Shown: piece after piece, positions 1 through 9,038 of the stretch
Numbering within the stretch: the stretch's first letter is position 1
Layout: each line of letters begins with the position of its first letter
DNA from: Syntrophales bacterium
Lineage (GTDB): Bacteria; Desulfobacterota; Syntrophia; Syntrophales; PHBD01
Assembly: GCA_963668175.1 (NCBI GenBank)
Contig: OY764159.1
Location: forward strand, 2,688,001-2,752,000
Direction: 5' to 3'
Length of the DNA stretch: 64,000 bases
Position numbers and translations under genes: made by a program
The notes under the pieces: model-generated
Told to the model about the DNA's origin: nothing
Databases searched by the model: none
Seen by the model: only the letters and a program-made list of their open reading frames with translations

Positions 1-56
1 CGAATGGTAAAATAAATTCATTCCGTTCTTCTGCTTTATAATTATGAGGATGTACA

Positions 57-1565
57 ATGAGAAAAAAGTTTCCAGGTTATTTCAGACTTACTGAATCGGA
101 GTTTTTGCAGCTTTGGGAAAATTGCCTTTTTGCCTTCGATACAAACGTTCTAAATAACCTTTACAGGTATACACCAGAAACGAAAGACTCATTCATTAAT
201 ATAATGCGGAAGGTTTCAAACCGAATATGGCTGCCTTATCAAGTTGCTTTCGAATATCTCAGAGGACGGATATCCATTATCCTAAAACAGAGCAATGCTT
301 ACGATGAAATACAAATATTTGTTAAAAAAGGGCATGATGCTCTCAGCAAGGAATTAAAGAAATACAGAAAGCATCCATCCATACATATCAACGGAATCCT
401 GGAGAAATCGAAGCTATTTCTAACAGAAATTGAAGATACATTGACACAGCTTAAAAAAAATCATCCTGATCTTATGAAGGATGACCCAATACAATCAATT
501 GTTTTAAAATTATTTGATGGAAAAGTTGGTAACGCATTTTCACGCGAGGAGTTATTAGATATCTATAAACAAGGGGAAGAAAGATACAAACTGAAAATAC
601 CTCCAGGTTATGATGATAAAGATAAGGCTGCGACTGATAAATATGGAGACCTGGTGATTTGGTTTCAACTGATAGCTAAGGCGAAGGAGAATAAACTTCC
701 CATGATTCTTGTGACGGATGATCGCAAGGAAGACTGGTGGTTGAAAATTAAAGGAAAGGTTATAGGACCGCATCCTGAGCTGGTGCAAGAGTTTTCTGCA
801 CAGACTGGCGTGACGTTCTATATGTATAGCCCGGACCCTTTCATGGAACACGCCGGGAAGTACCTCAAATATAAGGTAGAGAAGAAGGCTATCAAAGAGG
901 TGCGAGATGTGCGTCACGAGGATGAAATCGTTAGGCAGGCCAAAAAGAAAGAAGATTTAATGCGGAGCATTATGGGATATTCTGGCTATTCAGGTGTTTC
1001 TGAAAGTCTTATGAAGGCCAGAGAAGAGGCTTTGAGGAGCGTTATGGGATCTTCATCTGCTTTTGAAAGTAGTATGAAGGCCAAAGAAGAGGTCTTGCGG
1101 AGCATTATGGGATCTTCTGGCTATTCAGGTGTTTCTGAAAGTCTTATGAAGGCCAGAGAAGAGGCTTTGAGGAGCGTTATGGGATCTTCATCTGCTTTTG
1201 AAAGTAGTATGAAGGCCAAAGAAGAGGTCTTGCGGAGCATTATGGGATCTTCTGGCTATTCAGGTGTTTCTGAAAGTCTTATGAAGGCCAGAGAAGAGGC
1301 TTTGAGGAGCGTTATGGGATCTTCATCTGCTTTTGAAAGTAGTATGAAGGCCAAAGAAGAGGCCTTGCGGAGCATTATGGGATCTTCTGGCTATTCAGGT
1401 GTTTCCAAAAGTCTTATGAAGGCCGAAGAAGAGGCTTTAATGAGGAGCCTTACGGAATCTCCCGGTTATACAGGAACTGCAACAGATGAATTTCTTAGGC
1501 AAGCCCACGTTACCAAAAAACCAGAGAAAAAAGATAGTTCGGATATTGGCAAGAAAGATAAATAA
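57..1565 (+). CDS. PIN-like domain protein (PIN_8/DUF4935 type) with C-terminal 45-aa tandem repeats
   Basis: Motifs FDTNVL..LYRY, PPGY.D..K, YGDLVIW, VTDD.KEDWW; GAGG RBS upstream; AT-rich. Confidence 0.85.
   Translation: MRKKFPGYFRLTESEFLQLWENCLFAFDTNVLNNLYRYTPETKDSFINIMRKVSNRIWLPYQVAFEYLRGRISIILKQSNAYDEIQIFVKKGHDALSKELKKYRKHPSIHINGILEKSKLFLTEIEDTLTQLKKNHPDLMKDDPIQSIVLKLFDGKVGNAFSREELLDIYKQGEERYKLKIPPGYDDKDKAATDKYGDLVIWFQLIAKAKENKLPMILVTDDRKEDWWLKIKGKVIGPHPELVQEFSAQTGVTFYMYSPDPFMEHAGKYLKYKVEKKAIKEVRDVRHEDEIVRQAKKKEDLMRSIMGYSGYSGVSESLMKAREEALRSVMGSSSAFESSMKAKEEVLRSIMGSSGYSGVSESLMKAREEALRSVMGSSSAFESSMKAKEEVLRSIMGSSGYSGVSESLMKAREEALRSVMGSSSAFESSMKAKEEALRSIMGSSGYSGVSKSLMKAEEEALMRSLTESPGYTGTATDEFLRQAHVTKKPEKKDSSDIGKKDK
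963..1435 (+). repeat. In-frame tandem repeat, 135-bp unit, ~3.5 copies
   Basis: cggagcattatggga recurs at 963, 1098, 1233 and 1368. Confidence 0.95.
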
Positions 1566-1760
1566 GAAGTTGTTTGTACTCTATCAAATCATAATTCTCA
1601 ATAAGAAGATCATTACAAATCATGTAGTCGTAGGTGAAAGAAACCAACGCCCTTTCAGTCTCTTTCCTGTCACCGCCGGAGAATAAGCCGTTCGATGTCA
1701 ACACAGGTATCGGGCAACGCTTCATCGAAAAGGGAAGCGCCTCCAGGGCGTTTTAATTCC

Positions 1761-1943
1761 TCTGCAACGATTTTCAAAAAGTCGTTTTCAATATCCCCTT
1801 TCCTTCCAAGTACGACTGCGCGGTAAGGACCGTTTGGCAGGCCTTCGGAGAAGACGGTATTTTTTCCGCGGATTCAAACGCGTCGTATCGGTCCGGCAGC
1901 CGGGCGGGGCGGTCCGGAAAGCGGCCTTGCTATATCGTTTCAA
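1761..1943 (+). repeat. ~185-bp intergenic direct repeat, copy 1
   Basis: tctgcaacgattttcaaaaagtcgttttcaa...gcggccttgc..tatcgtttc matches 4537-4720. Confidence 0.9.
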
Positions 1944-2149
1944 TTCGATGGATATTCCGCAGTAGCCTCATGCATCGATTGTAACGGATTCAGCCCATCC
2001 AAAGCCCTATCCTGCTACTCTTACCGATATTCTTTGCGATTGAAATTTATATTTCTTACGAGTATAGCATATCTGCATTAACACCTATTATATTATCAGA
2101 CAGCATGCATAGCGCGGATTGACATCCGTGAAATGAAAAAAGGAGATAT

Positions 2150-2389
2150 ATGTTTTTTCTCGTACAGATACCGCCCCTTGCAGCGATACTAATATTGCTG
2201 GGATTTATTGTTCTTGGTGTATTGTTCTTTGTGAGATCGAGAAAATCTCGCACCCGGTACTATTGCCCAACCTGTGATACAAGCATACAGGTTGAACTTA
2301 TGAAAGCGAAGCACTGTAGTATTTGCGGCGCTGCTTTGATTGAAGCTCGACATGACAGAAAGGTTTCGGGAGATTACGACAAGGAGTAA
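2150..2389 (+). CDS. Small membrane-anchored zinc-ribbon protein
   Basis: N-terminal TM; CPTC and CSIC pairs; AGGAG RBS. Confidence 0.7.
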   Translation: MFFLVQIPPLAAILILLGFIVLGVLFFVRSRKSRTRYYCPTCDTSIQVELMKAKHCSICGAALIEARHDRKVSGDYDKE

Positions 2390-2395
2390 TTTATT

Positions 2396-2845
2396 ATGGA
2401 TAGACAGGATTTGATGTCAGGAACGAGAAGAAAAGTGCCTCAGAACAGCGTATGGGTTACTGCCGCCGACCATTTCGACGGTTATCAGATCATGCAGTAT
2501 CATGGATTGGCATGGGGTATCTCCATTCGCGCCCGCAACTTGGGCTCAAACTGCGCAATGGGCTGTCAGCAGATGGCGGGAGGCGAACTTAGTTCATATA
2601 CGGAATTAAGCTATGAAACGCGTCAGCAGGCATTGGATCGCATGATCGATACGGCCAAGCGTCTTGGAGGCAATGCCGTCATCAAGACTCAGTTTGACAT
2701 CTTTGAACAGGGAGAAGGCTCCGTCACGGAAATCATATCGTGGGGTACCGTTGTCACGATTAATCCGATTGAAAATTACGTACCGGTCGGAGCGGTGGGC
2801 AACATTCTTCTTGAAACGAAACACGTCCTTGAATCCAAAACATGA
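2396..2845 (+). CDS. YbjQ/UPF0145 family (putative heavy-metal-binding) protein
   Basis: GGEL..YTEL...R..AL.RM...A..LG.NAV signature. Confidence 0.85.
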   Translation: MDRQDLMSGTRRKVPQNSVWVTAADHFDGYQIMQYHGLAWGISIRARNLGSNCAMGCQQMAGGELSSYTELSYETRQQALDRMIDTAKRLGGNAVIKTQFDIFEQGEGSVTEIISWGTVVTINPIENYVPVGAVGNILLETKHVLESKT

Positions 2846-3444
2846 AAACAGCCCTGGCATATAAGTTTTTATGGCTGCGGTACTGCTGGTGGTTTGCCTG
2901 GGCACACAAGCCGCTATGCCTGCATTTCCGCCAAGATGTGCTGTGCATTGGAACATTGCGCCTGTGCCGCAGCTGCACGGCGGCTTACGGCGTTGGATTG
3001 GCCGGCGCATTGGCACTGTGGCTATATAGATTTAATCCTGAATATGTTTCCGTTCTTTATGGCTCCGTATTACCCATTACTCTGACACTGTCGTGGCCGC
3101 CCGTGTATAAACGCCTGCCGAGAATCAACCGTGATGTATTGCGTGCCGCGCTGGGTGCGCTCATTCCGGCCACGGTTTATATAGCTCTTTTCGGCAACCT
3201 ATATGTGGCCTGCGCAGGAGCAGGATGTTTGGCGTTGTTCTGGAAAGCTGCAGGCATAAAGAGACAGCAGCACAAATTGCGGAAATGTGAAGGTTGCCCG
3301 GAATGGTCGTCGCAGCGTGCGTGCTCAGGCTACACGCAGCAGCTTTTATCGATTCGGCATTTCCAGGATGAAGCCGTGCTGGTGCGCATCAAACATGGAG
3401 GAATGCCGCCTAGGATACAATCGCAGAATAGAAGGTATGAATAA
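2842..3444 (+). CDS. Cys-rich membrane protein (DUF2085-like)
   Basis: H...C...LCRSC..AY.G motif, ~4 TM segments, C-terminal CEGC...C; ATGA overlap with upstream gene. Confidence 0.55.
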   Translation: MKTALAYKFLWLRYCWWFAWAHKPLCLHFRQDVLCIGTLRLCRSCTAAYGVGLAGALALWLYRFNPEYVSVLYGSVLPITLTLSWPPVYKRLPRINRDVLRAALGALIPATVYIALFGNLYVACAGAGCLALFWKAAGIKRQQHKLRKCEGCPEWSSQRACSGYTQQLLSIRHFQDEAVLVRIKHGGMPPRIQSQNRRYE

Positions 3445-3474
3445 GCGTCATTCCCTAACTATGCGGAGGAGTTT

Positions 3475-4512
3475 ATGTCCATGAATCAAAGCGAAGATAA
3501 AGGCACAACTCAAAACAGAAACGATATTTATGTGGATTCTTTTCGGGTGGACGATGCGGAAGGAATCGTGAAGCTTTTCCAGGCAGTATATGGCGAACAC
3601 TATCCCATCCGTCTTTTTTACGAACCCGAAGAACTGATTGCCGCCAACCGGGACGGCCGGTGTTACACGGCGGTCGCGCGTACCGATGCCGGCCGGATCG
3701 TCGGCGCGAGCCATAACTATCGTTCGGCGCCCTACGCGGGACTTTACGAGAACGGTGCATCCATCGTGCTTGCGGAATACAGGAACACAAAGATTTTTCC
3801 CGCTATTTTGTCCTGCCTGCTCGATGAGATCACGCCAAGGCACCGGGATATAGAAGGGTTGTGGGCGGAAATGGTCTGCAACCACATTTTCACACAAAAG
3901 CTGTCTGCCTCCTTCGGTTGCAAAGAGACGGCCATCGAAGTGGCGCTGATGCCCGCGGAAACCTATGAACAGGAGAAGAGCGCCATAGGGCGGGTAGCGG
4001 TGGTTAACTGTTTCCGCTGCTACGTTCCGAAGCCGCACCGCATATTCCTCCCGCCGGCATACGAGACGGTACTGAAAGGCATCTATGGCCGTCTGGACGA
4101 TAAGCGGGAAATCGGCGTCGCCACAGAGACTTTTCCCGCCGGCAAGAAGACAGCGGCAGAATCGACGGTTTACCATTTCGCCCGGGTAGCACGCATGAAT
4201 GTCTCGGAGACAGGCGCTGATTTTGCCGACCGTATCGCCGATCTTGAAGACCGGTCGCGAAAAGAACAAGCCCTTGTTTTCCAGGTATTTCTGAACCTCA
4301 CCGAGCCATGGGTCGGCGAGGCGGTGGATATCCTGCGGAGCCGGGGTTATTTTTTTGGCGGCGCCATGCCGCGCTGGTTTGACGGGGACGGCCTGCTGAT
4401 GCAGAAGCTCGAATGCCCGCCGAATTTTGAAAACATCGTTCTTTTTCTGGATTCATCGAAAGAACTGCTCGCGTTTATTCAGTCGGATTGGGAACGTGCT
4501 GCCGGATCATGA
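3475..4512 (+). CDS. GNAT-fold N-acetyltransferase-like protein
   Basis: LF..VYG..YP, VL.EYR, E.VCNH.FTQK motifs; GGAGG RBS. Confidence 0.65.
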   Translation: MSMNQSEDKGTTQNRNDIYVDSFRVDDAEGIVKLFQAVYGEHYPIRLFYEPEELIAANRDGRCYTAVARTDAGRIVGASHNYRSAPYAGLYENGASIVLAEYRNTKIFPAILSCLLDEITPRHRDIEGLWAEMVCNHIFTQKLSASFGCKETAIEVALMPAETYEQEKSAIGRVAVVNCFRCYVPKPHRIFLPPAYETVLKGIYGRLDDKREIGVATETFPAGKKTAAESTVYHFARVARMNVSETGADFADRIADLEDRSRKEQALVFQVFLNLTEPWVGEAVDILRSRGYFFGGAMPRWFDGDGLLMQKLECPPNFENIVLFLDSSKELLAFIQSDWERAAGS

Positions 4513-4536
4513 CCGGTCCTTCATTCATTTAATCGA

Positions 4537-4720
4537 TCTGCAACGATTTTCAAAAAGTCGTTTTCAAAATCTCATTTCCTTTCAGGTACACCTGCGCGCG
4601 AAGGACCGTTTGACACGCTTTCGGAAAAGATGGTATTTTTTCCGCGGATTCAAACGCGTCGTATCGGCCCGGCAGCCGGGCGGAGAGGTCCGGAAAGCGG
4701 CCTTGCCTTATCGTTTCGAT
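4537..4720 (+). repeat. ~185-bp intergenic direct repeat, copy 2, with sigma70-like promoter (TTGACA-N18-TATTTT, extended TG)
   Basis: Matches 1761-1943; lies directly upstream of the peptidase RBS. Confidence 0.85.
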
Positions 4721-4743
4721 GCCTTTATTTCAGGAGCGGCGCC

Positions 4744-5706
4744 ATGACGAAAGAGATTGCATTCACCGATATCGAAGGGATCGAAGTCGGCCATGCCCAG
4801 AATACGGAGGCCGCCACCGGCTGCACGGTAATTCTCTGCCGGGACGGCGCGGCGGCGGGCGTGGACGTCCGCGGGGGCGCGCCGGGCACGCGCGAGACGG
4901 ACCTGCTCGACCCGGTCAACATGGTCCGGACGATCCATGCCGTCCTGCTCGCGGGCGGCAGCGCCTACGGCCTCGATGCGGCGGCGGGCGTCATGCGGTA
5001 TCTCGAAGAAAGGCGGATCGGCTTCGACGTGGGCGTCGCCCGCGTGCCGATCGTCTGCGGCGCGGTGCTCTTCGATCTGGCCTTCGGGGATGCCGGGATA
5101 CGGCCGGACGCGCAAATGGGCTACGAGGCCTGCCTGAATGCGGGGAAGGCCTGCCCCCAGGGCAACGTGGGCGCGGGAACGGGCGCGACGGTGGGGAAGA
5201 TCATGGGCACGGGCCGGTCGATGAAAAGCGGCCTGGGATGCTATGCCCTGCAGGTCGGCGACTTGAAGGTCGGCGCGCTCGTGGCGGTCAACTGCCTGGG
5301 CGACGTGATCGATCCTGCCACCGGCGCGAAACTGGCGGGGTTGCTCGGCGAGGACGGCAAGACCATCGCCGACACGGAAGAGGTCATGATTCAGGCCCAT
5401 GCGGAAAGGAAAGACCTTTTCAGCGGCAACACGACCATCGGCGTCGTGGCGACGAACGCCGCGTTCGACAAGGCGCAGGCGACGAAGCTCGCCTCCATGG
5501 CTCACAACGGCTATGCGAGGACGATGAGGCCGGCCCATTCGATGTACGACGGCGACACGATTTTCGTGCTCTCCACGGGAAGCGTCGGCGCGGATATGAG
5601 CGCCGTCGGCCTTTTGGCCGCCCGTGTCATGGAGCGCGCCGTCGTGAGCGCCGTCCGGAACGCCTCGTCGCTCCACGGCATGAAATGCTGCCGGGAAATG
5701 GCGTAA
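4744..5706 (+). CDS. P1/S58 family peptidase (DmpA-like L-aminopeptidase/D-esterase)
   Basis: VDVRGGAPGTRETDLL, GGSAYGL, GNVGAGTGA, NTTIG, DGDTIF motifs; AGGAG before ATG 4744. Confidence 0.92.
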   Translation: MTKEIAFTDIEGIEVGHAQNTEAATGCTVILCRDGAAAGVDVRGGAPGTRETDLLDPVNMVRTIHAVLLAGGSAYGLDAAAGVMRYLEERRIGFDVGVARVPIVCGAVLFDLAFGDAGIRPDAQMGYEACLNAGKACPQGNVGAGTGATVGKIMGTGRSMKSGLGCYALQVGDLKVGALVAVNCLGDVIDPATGAKLAGLLGEDGKTIADTEEVMIQAHAERKDLFSGNTTIGVVATNAAFDKAQATKLASMAHNGYARTMRPAHSMYDGDTIFVLSTGSVGADMSAVGLLAARVMERAVVSAVRNASSLHGMKCCREMA

Positions 5707-5888
5707 CCGGTGCATGGATTCCCCTCATGTCGCGGCCGATGAGGGTCATGCCCGACATAACCGATGGGCGGATGTTTCCGAAAACGGCGGCGGGCGGAGC
5801 GCGGACGGCCGAGTCCGTATTTCTTCCGGCACAAGCGGCAAAAATATAAAATATCTCGCGGAAGGCCGCAGCGGACAATCGACAGATA

Positions 5889-5936
5889 AGAAAAGGGCAG
5901 GGCCGAATGTGCCGGACCCTGCCCGTGTTTTTTTTA
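5889..5936. terminator. Probable bidirectional intrinsic terminator
   Basis: gggcaggg/ccctgccc stem flanked by A and T tracts between convergent genes. Confidence 0.7.
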
Positions 5937-5952
5937 AAGTGCTGCTTGAAGG

Positions 5953-6894
5953 TTATTTCCTGAACTTCTTCCGGGCGACCGCAGCACCCGTCAAGCCGAG
6001 CCCCAGAAGCAACACGGTGGCCGGCTCGGGTACGGGATCGGGATTGGGCTCGGGAGTCTCGCTGCCGTAGACGGCGATGCCGCCGAAGTTGTCCAGCGCA
6101 AAAGAACCAACGGTTCCCAGCACGTTGCCGGAATTGTCGTAACGGGTGATGGATCTTGCCGAGGACACATAAATGCCGGAGTCGTCGACGGCCACGCCGG
6201 CAATGCCGATACCGGAAGGGGTCAGGAAATAACCGGCCACGCCCATCGTGGCCGAATTCAACCTAAAGATGCCGTTCAGGCCGTCCGTCGTGTTGTCGGA
6301 GACGTAGACGATACCGCCGAAGACCGCAAGGCCGCCGAAGCTGTCCGTACCTATGGCATTATAAATCCCCAGCACGTGGCCGGAATTGTCGTAACGGGTG
6401 ACGGACCTGGCCGAGCTCACATAAATGCCGGAGGCGTCGACGGCGATGCCGTTAATGCCGACGCCGGAAGGGGTCAGGAAATAACCGGCCACGCCCATTG
6501 TGCCCGGGTTCAACCTAAAGACGCCGTTCAGGCCGTCCGTCGTGTTGTCGGAGACGTAGACGGTACCGCCGTAGACTGCAAGGCCGCCGAAGTTATCCGT
6601 CCCAAAGCCATTATAGGTCCCCAGGGCGCCGCCGGAACTATTGTAACGGGTGACGGACATTGCCGAACTCACATAAACCCCGGAGCCGTCGACGGCCACA
6701 CCGGCAATAGCGACACCGGAGGGCGTCAGGAAAGAACCGGTCCCGCCCATCGTATCCGAATTCACCATAACGATGCCGTTCAGGCCGGCCGTCGTGTTGT
6801 CGGCGACGTACACCGTGGACGCCGCTCTCGCGCTGCCTGAAAAGACAACAAACACGAACAAAATACTCAAGAATAAGGATGCAAGCTTTTTCAC
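5953..6894 (-). CDS. PEP-CTERM exported protein with three ~84-aa (252-bp) beta-rich repeats
   Basis: Signal peptide; C-terminal VPEPATVLLLGLGL...RKKFRK; GTG start at 6894 after GGGGAGG. Confidence 0.92.
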   Translation of the reverse strand: MKKLASLFLSILFVFVVFSGSARAASTVYVADNTTAGLNGIVMVNSDTMGGTGSFLTPSGVAIAGVAVDGSGVYVSSAMSVTRYNSSGGALGTYNGFGTDNFGGLAVYGGTVYVSDNTTDGLNGVFRLNPGTMGVAGYFLTPSGVGINGIAVDASGIYVSSARSVTRYDNSGHVLGIYNAIGTDSFGGLAVFGGIVYVSDNTTDGLNGIFRLNSATMGVAGYFLTPSGIGIAGVAVDDSGIYVSSARSITRYDNSGNVLGTVGSFALDNFGGIAVYGSETPEPNPDPVPEPATVLLLGLGLTGAAVARKKFRK

Positions 6895-6959
6895 GACGAA
6901 ACCCTCCCCGTAAGTATTCAATGGATCTTAAAATGCTTCATATTATTTGTGTATATAAT

Positions 6960-7057
6960 AGCACATTGCATGCCATTTGTACAACTAATGGATATAATAA
7001 CTATATTGATTTTCTGATCTGTCCGCTGCTATGGCGAAACTGTAAAATATTCCGACA
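6960..7057 (-). promoter_or_regulatory. Sigma54 promoter (TGGCAT-N5-GTGCT, 6960-6975) plus PEP-CTERM enhancer-like box tgtaaaatattccgaca (7041-7057)
   Basis: Matches -24/-12 consensus and the TGTAAA...CCGACA box described upstream of PEP-CTERM genes. Confidence 0.7.
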
Positions 7058-7271
7058 TTTTCAATGCCTGCCGGACAAGGCGCTTTACGGCTCAAGGAAA
7101 ATTGCCAGATTAGTCAGTGAGTTACAGGCAGAGAAGATTAATTGTAAAGAAGTGTAAAACATTGTTACGCTTTTGGGGTCGAATGAACATGCCGAGGATC
7201 GGCAGGTGAAAAAAGCTGTGCGCCCTGGGCGCGATCATCCATCAAACCATTTCAGGAAACAAGGCGCGTCG

Positions 7272-7317
7272 GCGCGGGAAGGACCGTTTGACACGCTTTC
7301 GGAAAAGGTGGTATTTT
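7272..7317 (+). repeat. Partial third copy (promoter core) of the intergenic repeat
   Basis: gaaggaccgtttgacacgctttcggaaaag.tggtatttt nearly identical to 4600-4639. Confidence 0.8.
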
Positions 7318-7399
7318 AGCCGGGCCGGACATGGTTTCTCCGTCCGGCGTCCGGCGGTCCGATACGGGTTTTGATCTTAAACCATGCTGCAAGGGCGAT

Positions 7400-9013
7400 A
7401 TGAGGCGGCGTCTTTCCTTCTGGTTCCTTCGTTTGGCAGGGCTTCTTCTGTTGTGTCTCCATGCGGGGGCCTGCGCCTCCGTGCCGTTCAACCATGCGAA
7501 AACGCCCACATTCGCGATTCCCCCCTCCCACGAGACGCGCCTGTGGAAGGGGCTTACGCCCCAGATGGAGCGCAACGAGGGCAAGTCCGGCTTCTTCCTC
7601 ATGCCGTCCGGCATGGACGCGTTCATGGCCCGTTACTATCTCATCGAGACGGCGGACCGTACCCTCGACCTCCAGTATTTCATGTTTCACGACGACGACA
7701 CGGGGCTTGTGCTCGTGGAGCGGCTCCTGGCCGCGGCCAACCGCGGGGTGCGGGTGCGCCTGCTCTTCGACGACTGGCATGCCGCGGGCAAGGATTTCGA
7801 CCTGTCCATGCTCGGCAGCCACCCCAACATTATGATCAGGATTTTCAATCCCTTCACCTGGGACCGCACATCCGAACTGTCGCGGTTCCTGGAAGCCGTC
7901 ATGGCGGAAAAGCGGCTGCAGCGGCGCATGCACAACAAGGTCTTTATCGCCGACAATACGGTCGCCGTCGTCGGGGGGCGCAACATGGGAAACGAGTATT
8001 TCGACGCCAGCGCCGACGTCAATTTCTCCGACCTGGACATCATGATGGCGGGGCCCATCGCGCGCCGTGCATCGGAGGCGTTCGACCAGTACTGGAACAG
8101 CGACCTGGCCGTTCCCATAGAGGCCCTGGCGTACGGCAGGCCCGGCAGGGAAGACATCAGGGAAGGGGAGGCGCGCCTCCGGGCCGTCAGGGAGAAAGCC
8201 AGGGGCTCGAAGTATGAGCAGGACCTGCGCGCCGGCGACTTTCTGGCGCGGCTCCGGTCGGGGAGCGTCCCGTTCGTCTGGGCGGAAGGCCTGTTCCTCG
8301 CGGACAAGCCGGTCAAGGTGCAGGCGCCGCCGGAGGAAAACCCATCCGCCTATCTCGCGCCCATTCTCGATTCCTTCGGCAGGACGGCCGTGTCCGAAGT
8401 GCTGATCATGACCCCCTATTTCGTTCCCGGCCGGGAAGGGGTGGAGATCATGAAGGCGCAGCGGGAGCGCGGGGTAAAAATCAAAGTGCTCACCAATTCC
8501 CTGGCGTCGACCGACGTCAGGGCCGTGCACGGCGCGTATGCCAAGTACCGGGAGGAACTGCTCCGGGCGGGGGTCGAGCTTTTCGAGATGAAGCCGGAGG
8601 CGGGGGATGTCCCCAGGGAGAGGCGCAGGGAAAGGTCCGGTTCTTCCAGGGGGGCCCTCCATGCCAAGACGTACATCCTCGACCGCGAACTCGTCTTCGT
8701 GGGTTCCTACAACATGGATTACCGGTCCCGCACGCTGAACACGGAAAGCGGCATCGGCATCATGAGTCCGGAGATCGCCGGGCAGGCGGCGCGGCTGTTC
8801 GAGTCGAGGACGTCCCCGGAGCGGTCCTACCGCCTGGTCCTCGCGGACGAGGCCGGGGAGGCGGGCGGCGGGAAGCCGGGGAAGCAGGTCCTTTCCTGGG
8901 TTACGGAGGAGGAGGGGCAAACGGTCGTCTACGACGAAGAGCCCATGACGGACGTCTGGGACAGGCTGTTCGTCAGGATCATGACCTGGCTGATACCGGA
9001 GGAAATCCTGTAG
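7400..9013 (+). CDS. Phospholipase D family protein (ClsC/YmdC-like cardiolipin synthase)
   Basis: Two HKD motifs (RMHNKVFIAD, LHAKTYILD), GGRNMGNEYF; lipoprotein-like signal; start uncertain. Confidence 0.9.
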   Translation: MRRRLSFWFLRLAGLLLLCLHAGACASVPFNHAKTPTFAIPPSHETRLWKGLTPQMERNEGKSGFFLMPSGMDAFMARYYLIETADRTLDLQYFMFHDDDTGLVLVERLLAAANRGVRVRLLFDDWHAAGKDFDLSMLGSHPNIMIRIFNPFTWDRTSELSRFLEAVMAEKRLQRRMHNKVFIADNTVAVVGGRNMGNEYFDASADVNFSDLDIMMAGPIARRASEAFDQYWNSDLAVPIEALAYGRPGREDIREGEARLRAVREKARGSKYEQDLRAGDFLARLRSGSVPFVWAEGLFLADKPVKVQAPPEENPSAYLAPILDSFGRTAVSEVLIMTPYFVPGREGVEIMKAQRERGVKIKVLTNSLASTDVRAVHGAYAKYREELLRAGVELFEMKPEAGDVPRERRRERSGSSRGALHAKTYILDRELVFVGSYNMDYRSRTLNTESGIGIMSPEIAGQAARLFESRTSPERSYRLVLADEAGEAGGGKPGKQVLSWVTEEEGQTVVYDEEPMTDVWDRLFVRIMTWLIPEEIL

Positions 9014-9038
9014 GGCGGGGACATCGTGAGGCTGAGCC

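Noticed and set aside
963..1435. Tandem repeats as a CRISPR array
   Set aside because: No unique spacers; the units are in-frame coding repeats; no cas genes
4630..4743. N-terminal extensions in the ORF track (also 7331, 22345, 28840, 40548, 42361, 53446)
   Set aside because: Downstream starts have better RBS or signal peptides; some extensions run through promoter or repeat DNA
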